The position numbers were made by a program, and so were the translations under genes. A DNA stretch of 12,851 nt from Paraspadella gotoi (Eukaryota; Animalia; Chaetognatha): assembly GCA_051294375.1 (NCBI GenBank), contig JBJCIZ010001180.1:1-12851 (forward strand), written 5' to 3'. Of the stretch, positions 1-8,644 are shown in pieces (within the stretch, counting starts at the first letter, position 1; each line of letters begins with the position of its first letter). Under the pieces are notes generated by a model that saw nothing but the letters and a program-made list of their open reading frames with translations, made no database searches and had not been told where the DNA came from.

Positions 1-379
1 TAGTGGGCGGATTCTGCAGAGAGGCTGCTCGGCGCGGCAGCGCATCGGTGATTGCCCACAGGGCCAGCCACGAATGGAGTTCTGTACGGGGCCGGGTCGA
101 CCACGGGAGGCAACCTTAATGAGTGGATCTGTAAACGAGAGAGAGGCACACAAGGCGACGGCAGGGCCGGTCAAATGATCATCACATTCTTACACCAGCT
201 TAATGGCAAATAATAACGGTGCTCTAAAAGGCCTGAAATAGAAACGAATAAATGAACAATCGGTAATCATAATACAGAGAACGGAAATGTTTATTATAAG
301 AGTCTTTAATGAGTTCAAAAGAGTCTTTGATGGATCCGCGAAAGTCTCCTCGGTGATTCGCACGAGTTTCGCTCCTACA
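1..379. other. Non-repetitive segment flanking the satellite; possible terminus of an LTR or other transposable element inserted into the array
   Basis: Composition is balanced and clearly different from the satellite. It ends abruptly in ...CTCCTACA (379), i.e. TGTAGGAG on the - strand, a typical LTR TG...CA terminus, and the satellite starts mid-monomer at 380. No partner LTR or target-site duplication is visible, so the identity is inference. Confidence 0.3.
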
Positions 380-3300
380 TCGTTTTCCGGTGTTTTAGAA
401 ATTTTTTATCTCTTTTTTCATTGGAAAATGCGTTTATTCTTTGTTTTTAAAGTTGTTATCTCTTTGGAAATATAGTCGTCTGCCCGGTGTAGTTTAACGT
501 TTTTATTAACTTTTACTTTAGAAAAGTCGTTTATTCGGTTTTTATTTAAGCTCTTTTTTACATTGGAAGTAAACGTTGTGCTTTTTTTTTTAGTTTTATT
601 TCTTTCTTATGCATTGAAAAAATCGTTTTTCTGTTATTTTTTAAAGTTTTCATATCTTTTTACAGAGAAAAAGTCGTTTTCTGGTGTATTATAATCCGTT
701 TTTATGCTATTGGAGAGTAGAGAGAAAGCTACATTAAAATAAAGAGAAAAGAGAGAGAGAAGGAGACATAAAAATAAAAGAGAGGAAATTTTGTTTGTTT
801 TGATAAAACCTATTAAAAAGATAATTTAATAACTGTCGCTCACACCAAATTTAACAAACGCTCGATGATGTTATTTGCAAGAAGTATTTAAACGTTTTTA
901 TGTTCCTTTTTACTTTGAAAATATCGTTATTCCGAGTTATTTTAGAAAATTTTTATCTCTTTTTCATTGGAAAAAAAGCGTATTTTTCTTTGGATTTGTA
1001 AAAGATTGTTAAGTCATCTTTGAAATAATCGTGCTGCCGCGTGTATTTATAACGTTTTTTAATTACTTTTACTTTAGAAAAGTCGTTTATCGGTGTTTTT
1101 AACTCTTTTTATCATTATGGAAAAAAGCGTTTGGCCTTTTTTTTTTTAAGTTTTTATTTCTTTTTAAGCATTGGAAAAAAATCGTTTTCTGTTGTTTTTA
1201 AAGTATTTCATATCTTTTTACAGAGAAAAAGTCGTTTTCTGGTGTATTTAACGGTTTTTATCTATTGAGAGTGAGAGAACAGCTACATAAAATAAGAGAA
1301 AAGAGAAGAGAGAAGAGAAGAGACTAAAAATAAAAGAGAGGAAATTTGTTTGTCTTTGATAAAAAGATATTTATAACTTGTCCTCACCCAATTTTATAAT
1401 CAACCTCGATGATGTTATTTGCAGAAGTATTAACGTTTTTATTTTTTTTTCTTTGAAACATCAGTTTTCCGGTGTTTTAGAAATTTTTTATTTCTTTTTA
1501 CATTGGAAAAAAACGTGTTTTCTTTGTTTTTTAAAGTTGTTTATCTCTTTGGAAATATTGTCTGCCGGTGTATTTAACGTTTTTATCACTTTTACTTTAG
1601 AAAAGTCGTTTATCGGTGTTTTTTAACTCTTTTACATTGGAAAAAATCGTTTGCCGGTTTTTTTGTAATTTATTTCTTTTTTTACAATGGAAAAAAACGT
1701 TTTCTGTTATTTTTAAAGTTTTCATATCTTTTACAGATAAAAGTCGTTTTCTGGTGTATTTAAACGTTTTTATCGTATTGAGAGTGGAGAGAAAAACTAC
1801 ATAAAATTAAGAGAAAAAGAGAGAGAGAAAGGAGACATAAAAATAAAAGAGAGGAAATTTGTTTGTTTTGATAAAAAAGATATTTAATAACTGTCCTCAC
1901 CCAATTTTTAACAACCTCGATGATGTTATTTGCAGAAGTATTTAACGTTTTTATTTCTTTTTTTCTTTGAAAATATCGTTTTCCCGGTGTTTTTAGAAAA
2001 ATTTTTTATTCTTTTTAAATTGAAAAGACGTTTTTCTTAGTTTTTAAAAGTTGGTTATCTCTTTGGAAATATCGTCCTGCCGCTGTATTTAACGTTTTTA
2101 TCAACTTTTACTTAGAAAAGTCGAGTTTATTCGTGTTTTAACCTCTTTTTATGTTGGAAAAAACGTTTGCCGTTTTTTTTTAAAGTTTTTATTCTTTTAC
2201 ATTGAAAAATCGTTTTCTGTTGTTTTTTTAAAGTTTTCATATCTTTTTACAGAGAAAAAAGGTCGTTTCTGGTGTATTTAAAACGTTTTTAATCTTTTGA
2301 GAGTGAGAGAAAGCTACATAAATTAAAAGAGGAGAGAAAGAAAGGAGACATAAAATAAAAGACGAGGAAATTTGGTTTGTTGATAAAAAAATATTTAATA
2401 ACTGTCATCACCATATTGTTAACAACCTCGATGATGTTATTTGCAGAAGTAATTTAACGTTTTTATTTCTTTTTTCTTTGAAATATCGTTTTCCCCGGTG
2501 TTTTAGAAATTTTTTATCTCTTTTACATTGGAAAAGCGTTTTTCTAGTTTTTAAAAGTTTTATCTCTTTGGAATACGGTCTGCGCTGTAATTTAACGTTT
2601 TTATCACTTTTTACTTTAGAAAAAGTCGTCGTTTATGTGTTTTTTAACTTTTTTATGTTGGAAAAACGTTTGCCGTTTTTTTAAAAGTTTAGTTCTCTTT
2701 TACATTGAAAAAATTCGTTTTCTGTTGTTTTAAAAGTGTTTCATATCTTTTTACAGAGAAAAGAGTCGTTTTCTGGTGTATTTAACGTTTTTTATCTATT
2801 GAGATGAGAGAAAGCTTAACATAAAATTAAGAGAAAAAGAGAGAGGAAGGAGACATAAAATAAAAGAGAGGAAATTTGTTGTTTTGATAATAAAAAGAGT
2901 ATTTAATAATGTCCCTCACCTCCAATTTTAACGACCTCGATGATGTTATTTGCAGAAAGTATTTAACGTTTTTATTTCTTTTTTCTTTGAAAATATCGTT
3001 TTCGCCGGTGTTTTGAAGAAATTTTTAATCTCTTTTTAACATTGGAAAAAGCGTTTTTCTTCTGTTTTAAAGTTGTTATCTCTTTGGAAATATCGTCTGC
3101 CGGTGTATTTAACGTTTTTGATCACTTAGAAAAGTCGTTTATCGGTGTTTTTTACTCTTTTTTTACATGGAAAAATCGTTGCCGGTTTTTTTAAGTTTTT
3201 TTTCTTTTTACAAAAAGAAAAAATCGTTTCTGTTATTTTTAAAAGTTTTCATATCTTTTTTACAGAGAAAAGTCGTTTTCTGGTGTATTTAAAACGTTTT

Positions 3301-6300
3301 ATTCTATGAGAAGTGAGAAGAAAGCTACATAAAATTGAGAGAGAAAAGAAGAGGTGAGAGAAGGAGACATAAAAACAAAGAGAGGAAATTTTTGTTTTGA
3401 TACAAAAAGATATTTAATAACTGTACTCACCCAATTTTAACAACCTCGATGATGTTATTTGCCAAAGTATTTAAACGTTTTATTCTTTTTCCTTTGAAAT
3501 ATCGTTTTCCGGTGTTTTAGAAATTTTTCTACTCTCGTTTTTACATTGGAAAAAGCGTTTTCTTTGTTTTTAAAAGTGTTATCTCTTTGGAAATAATCGT
3601 CTGCCGCTGTGTTTAACGTTTTTAATCAGCTTTTTTACTTTAGAAAAGTCGTTATCGGTGTTTTTTTACTCTTTTTACATTGGAAAAAAACGTTTGCCTT
3701 TTTTTTAGTTTTTATTTCTTTTTAATTGGAAAAATTCGTTTTCTGTATTTTTTAAGTTTTCATATCTTTTACAGAGAAAAAGTCGTCTCTGGTGTATTTA
3801 CGTTTTTATCTATTGAGAGTGGAGAGAAAGCTACAAAAATTAAAAGAGAAAAGAGAGAGCAGAAAGGAGACATAAAAATAAAAGAGAGGAAATTTGTTTT
3901 TTTAGATAAAAAGATATTTAATAACTGTCCTCACTCCAATTTTAACAACCCTCGATGATGTTATTTGCAGAAGTATTAACGTTTTTATTCTTTTTTCTTT
4001 AAAAAAATATCGTTTTCCGGTGTTTTAAGAAATTTATTTATCTCTTTTTACATTGTGAAAAAAAGCGTTTTTCTTTGTTTTAAAGGTATCTTTTTGGAAA
4101 TATCGTTGCCGGTGATTTTAACGGTTTTTATTACTTTTAACTTTAGAAAAGGTCGTTTATCGTGGTTTATAACTATTTTTACATTGGAAAAAAACGTTTG
4201 CCCCTTTTTTTTTAAGTTTTATTCTTTTCTCTTGGAAAATCTTCTGTATTTTTCAAGTTTTTCATATCTTTTTTACAGAGAAAAAGTGTTTTCTGGTGTA
4301 TTTTAATGTTTACTATTGAGATAGGGAAGCTACATAAAATAAAGAAAAAAGGAGAGAAGGGAGACATAAAAATAAAAGAGAGGGAAATTTGTTTATTTTG
4401 ATAAAAAGAATATTTAATACTGTCCTCACGCCAATTTTAACAACCTCGATGATGTATTTGCAGAAGTATTTAACGTTTTATTTTTTTTCTTTGAAAATAC
4501 TGTTTTCCGGGTGTTTAGAAAATTTTTCATCTCTTTTTATACATTGGAAAAGACGTTTTTCTTAGTTTTTAAAAGTTGTTAATCTCTTTTGGAAATATCG
4601 TCTGCCGCTGTATTTGAATTTTATCATTTTTACTTTAGAAAAGTCGTATGCGGGTGTTTTTTAACTCTTGTTTATGTTGGAAAAAACGTTTGCCGTTTTT
4701 TTTAAAGTTTTTAGTTCTTTTTATACATTGAAAAAAATCGTTTTCTGTTGTTTTTAAAGTTTTCATATCTTTTTTACAGAGAAAAAGTCCGTTTCTGGGG
4801 TGTATTTAACGTTTTTATCTTTTGAGGGTGAGAGAAAGCTACATAAAATAAAGAGAAAGAGGAGAGAAGGGACATAAAAATAAAAGAGAGGAAATTTGTT
4901 TGTTGATAAAAAGATATTTAATAACTGTCCTCACCAATTTTACAACCTCGATGATGTTATTTGCAGAAGTTTAACGTTTTTATTTTTTTTTCTTTGAAAA
5001 ATCGTTTTCCGGGGTGTTTTAGAAATTTTTTATCTTTTTACATTGAAAAAGCGTTTTCCTCTCTGTTTTTAAAAGTTGTTATCTCTTTGGAAATATGTCT
5101 GGCCGGTGTATTTAACGTTTTTATCACTTTAGAAAAAGTTGTTTATCGGTGTTTTTTAACTCTTTTAACATGAAAAATCGTTTGCCGGTTTTTTAAAAAG
5201 TTTTTATATTCTTTTTACAATGAAAAGATTCGTTTTTCTGTATTTTTAAAGTTTTCATATCTTTTTACAGAGAAAAGTCGTTTTCTGTGTATTTAAACGT
5301 TTTATCTATTGAGAGTGAGAAAGCTACATAAAATTGAAGAGAAAAGAGGAGAGAGAAGGAGACATAAAAATAAAAGAGAGGAAATTGTTTGTTTGAACAA
5401 AGATATTTAATAACTGTACTTACCGCAATTAAAAAACCTCGGATGATGTATTTGCAGAAGTGGTATTTAACGTTTTAATTTCTTTTTCTTTTTGAAATAT
5501 CGTTTTCCGGTGTTTAGAAAAATTTTCTATCTCTTTTACATTGGAAAAAGCGTTTTCTTTGTTTTAAGTTGTTATCCTCTGGAAATATCGTCTGCCGCTG
5601 TATTTAACGTTTTTATCACTTTTTACTTTGGAAAAAGTCGTTATCGGTGTTTTTACTCTTTTTACATTGGAAAAAACGTTTGCCTTTTTTTTTAAGTTTT
5701 TATTTCTTTTTATTACATGTGAAAAATCGTTTCTGTTATTTTTAAGTTTCATATCTTTTACAGAAGAAAAAGTCGTTTTCTGGTATTAACGTTTTATCTA
5801 TTGAGAGTGAGAGAAGCTACAAAAAATTAAAGAGAAAAGAGAGAGGAGAAGGAGACATAAAAATAAAAGAGAGGAAATTTGTTTGTTTTGAAAAAAGATA
5901 TTTAATAACTGTCCTCACCCATTTTAACAACCTCGAATGATTTATTTGCAGAAGTATTTAACGTTTTTATTCTTTTTCTTTAAAAAATATCGTTTCCGGG
6001 TTTTAGAAATTTTTTAATCTCTTTTACATTGGAAAAAGCGTTTTTCTTTTGTTTTTAAAGTGTTATCTCTTGGAAATATCGTCTGCCGGTGGTATTAACG
6101 TTTTTATTACTTTTTACTTTTAAAAGTCCCGTTATTCGTGTTTTTTTTAACTATTTTTTACATTGGGAAAAAAAAAAAACGTTTGCCGTTTTTTTTTTTA
6201 AGTTTTTATTTCTTTTTACCTGGAAAAAAAAAATCGTTTTCTGTTATTTTTAAAGTTTCAATATCTTTTTACAGAGAAAAAAGTGTCGTTTTCTGGTGTA

Positions 6301-6759
6301 TGTTAATGTTTTTATCTATTGAGAGTGAGGAAAAGCTACATAAATTAAAGAGAAAAGAGAGAGAGAAGGCAGACATACAATAAAAGAGAGGAAATTTGTT
6401 TATTTTGATAAAAAGATATTTAATAACTGTCCTCACCCAATTTTACAACCTCGATGATGTTATTTGCAGAAAGTATTTAACGTTTTTTATTTCTTTTTCT
6501 TTGAAAATATCGTTTTCCGGTGTTTTAGGAAATTTTTCATCTCTTTTTACATTTGGAAAAGACGTTTTTTCTTATTTTTAAAGGTTGTTATCTCTTTTGG
6601 AATATCGTGTCTGCGCGGTGTATTTAACGTTTTTTATACTTTTTACTTAGAAAGTCGTTTATCGTGTTTTTTAACGCTCCTTTTCATTGGAAAAAAACGT
6701 TGCGCTTTTTTTTTAAAGTTTTTATTTCTTTTTCATGGAAAAGCGTTCTGGTTATCTCT
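380..6759. repeat. AT-rich tandem satellite array, ~505-bp monomer, about 12.5 copies
   Basis: The marker CTCGATGATGTTATTTGCAGA (or a close variant) recurs at 861, 1405, 1916, 2427, 2936, 3445, 3951, 4445, 4947, 5438, 5932 and 6450 (spacings 491-544 bp). Each monomer has a T-rich part made of ~7 degenerate subunits, a purine-rich GA block (AAGAGAAAAGAGAGAGAAGGAGACATAAAAATAAAAGAGAGGAAA) and a CTGTCCTCACCCAA block. Differences between copies are mostly homopolymer indels. Confidence 0.96.
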
Positions 6760-6767
6760 CTCCACAC

Positions 6768-6779
6768 TGGTGCATCGAC
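6768..6779 (+). promoter_or_regulatory. Putative primer-binding site complementary to the tRNA-Gly(GCC) 3' end
   Basis: The sequence reads ...CCACA-C-TGGTGCATCGAC, with TGG one base after an ACA LTR-like end. TGGTGCATCG is the reverse complement of ...CGATGCACCA, the 3' end of invertebrate-type tRNA-Gly(GCC) as I recall it: 10 contiguous matches, 11 of 12. It lies ~1 kb upstream of the first ORF, in the sense orientation. Confidence 0.55.
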
Positions 6780-7778
6780 TTATCCACTTTGTGGAGAACC
6801 CCTCTTGTCGACCATCCACACACTTTCAACTCCGGAGTGTTGCTTCCTTGCCCTTTTGTCTTTTCGGGGCAATTCTGAGGCACTGTGGATTTAAGGCAAA
6901 TAGTCCGTCAGCAGTCTCGCTGTTATGATAGCCTTTGGTTCAGCAAGGCTGTGAAGTAATTTTGTTCCTTTCACAACCAATAATTTCACTTTGGACTTCG
7001 TCCGAGTCTTACTCTGGGAAAAGGTTGTGTCTACGCCAAAGACCCGGNNNNNNNNNNTGTGGTGTCCTTGTGCAGTTCTCCGCATTCGCGTTGACAAAGA
7101 CGACAAGCCTCCACAAACCCATTAAACCTTGTCGCGTGACATTCCCTGGACATCTAAGTTACAGACTCAGCAGAAGTTCTTACTTTCGAAGTCGGAGGAG
7201 GGACAGCTTGGCTACCCTCTTCATGTGGCACGACTCCATCGGGTTAATTGCAAGTCCGCCTCTGCTTTTATCACGGTGCTCACCTCAATATCCCAAAATC
7301 CGCGGTTCCCTTCATCATTTTCCATTCCATGATTTCTGAGAAATATCCTCGCGTGTTGATTTTATCCTACTTCCCAAGCAACAAGACAGGGGGTTGGCGT
7401 GACCTGCCCCTGGCGGATCAGGACAACGGGACTTTACGCCGCCTGGATCGTCTCAGAGGAATTGGTGTTCTTTTAATTCGTTCTTCGATGTATGGAGATT
7501 CCGATCTGCATTCTTACACCTATGCTTTTTGGCTGGTTTTACCTCGATGTGTGAACTTTCTTAAACTTTTGTAAATATACATACTTTGGATATTACAATC
7601 TTTCTACAACTCCTTTAAACTTTCTACATCGTTCGTCCACTTATGTTTTTATATTGTTTTTATTCATTCACATTTTAACATTTATAATTCATGAACTTCG
7701 TCTTCTACAAAATCGTGTTTAATATTATTCTCACAAACCAAGTATTAACTTAGTTAATGCTTCCAATAATGTTCAAAA

Positions 7779-8561
7779 ATGGGGAAAGGAAGTAGAAATA
7801 GAAATAAACGGGGTCAAGATCCTCTTGAACACATTAAGCCTAAAATTGAAAGTATTGAGAACCTTATGAAAGAGATCAATGAGGAGAAAGAAACAGCCTA
7901 TTTTGAAGAGCAAATTGCAGCAGTCCTCACGAAAGAGAACAGACTCCTTAAACTTATCGAATCTACCTTGTTTGAAATCCCTAACAAACACAAAAAGAAC
8001 TTTTCTGGCATAATAAACTCTTACAATATTTTGGTGGAAGAAGACAAGATTCAGTGGGCTTGGCGTGACCACTATACTGAAATTCGTAAACCAGACGAAT
8101 CAAGGATCTTATTCATAACCAACTGCTTTGAACCTCATCCTGAGTTTGAGTTTACCTCATTCGGAACTTACTTCGACGATATTGCCTTTGTCACCAACAT
8201 CGAGATCTACGAACTAGATTTTCGCATTGAACAAGTCATTGAATTGTTCTATCAAAGATTAGAAACCTATTGCTTGCCTGCCTCGTTCATCGAAAAAGAG
8301 AACAAAAACGAAGAGGATAAGAAAATACCCTTTGGCTCAAGAATATCACCTACCTTTTTTCGCAAACCTTGGCCTCGTGTTGAATCCAACAAATACGTCA
8401 TAAAAAATCAACCACTGTTTTTCCTTTTTGCTAGATTCTTGAACCAAATCTTGCTTGTCCTCATTCGTGGGAACATATCGCCACTCACTCTTCCCTTCAT
8501 TCCCTATGATCTCACTGAGCTTCCCATGACTCATCCTCTGCTCAATCAATATAAAAATTGA
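7779..8561 (+). CDS. Uncharacterised 260-aa ORF upstream of gag (ORF0)
   Basis: An uninterrupted 783-nt ORF with a real ATG in good context (CAAAAATGG), flanked by stop-rich AT-rich DNA. The protein has a basic N-terminus (MGKGSRNRNKR), a charged helical segment, an aromatic-rich middle and a hydrophobic stretch near the C-terminus. I recognise no domain. Confidence 0.65.
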   Translation: MGKGSRNRNKRGQDPLEHIKPKIESIENLMKEINEEKETAYFEEQIAAVLTKENRLLKLIESTLFEIPNKHKKNFSGIINSYNILVEEDKIQWAWRDHYTEIRKPDESRILFITNCFEPHPEFEFTSFGTYFDDIAFVTNIEIYELDFRIEQVIELFYQRLETYCLPASFIEKENKNEEDKKIPFGSRISPTFFRKPWPRVESNKYVIKNQPLFFLFARFLNQILLVLIRGNISPLTLPFIPYDLTELPMTHPLLNQYKN

Positions 8562-8568
8562 TATACCC

Positions 8569-8574
8569 AATAAA
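8569..8574 (+). promoter_or_regulatory. Possible polyadenylation signal (AATAAA) between ORF0 and gag
   Basis: AATAAA lies 7 nt after the ORF0 stop and is followed by T-rich and pyrimidine tracts (8584-8641). It could be chance in AT-rich DNA. Confidence 0.25.
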
Positions 8575-8644
8575 TTTCCGCTATTTTTTTTATTATCACT
8601 TGTCCCCTTTTCTCCCTCAATTTGTTTAATTTGTTTAATTTATC

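Noticed and set aside
380-6759. CRISPR array
   Set aside because: The whole ~505-bp unit repeats with no unique spacers, there are no cas genes, and the context is a eukaryotic retrotransposon.
380-6759. Tandem LTR/TRIM array or hammerhead retrozyme (the GA block resembles a polypurine tract; CTCGATGA resembles CUGAUGA)
   Set aside because: There is no TG...CA-bounded unit or PBS in the monomer, and the hammerhead core CTGATGA with flanking stems is not present.
380-6759. CENP-B box in the TCGTTT..CGG subunit cores
   Set aside because: The spacing and bases do not fit TTCG-N4-A-N2-CGGG; the resemblance is superficial.
287-6928. Many short Phe/Leu/Lys-rich ORFs in the ORF track
   Set aside because: They are translations of the T-rich satellite, mostly with non-ATG starts and frames that are not preserved between monomers.
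7060-7420. Alternative PBS candidates TGGTGTCC (7060) and TGGCGTGA/TGGCGGAT (about 7395-7418)
   Set aside because: None directly follows a CA LTR-like end, and I could match at most about 7 nt to a tRNA 3' end; the 6768 site fits better.
6891-7574. ORFs in the leader (6935-7339, 7129-7332, 7248-7574, 6891-7106)
   Set aside because: They are short and overlapping, some span Ns, and none has a recognisable motif; a non-coding leader is the simpler reading.
7779-7796. N-myristoylation signal on ORF0 (MGKGSR)
   Set aside because: It has Gly2 but lacks the preferred Ser/Thr at position 6, so the match is too weak.
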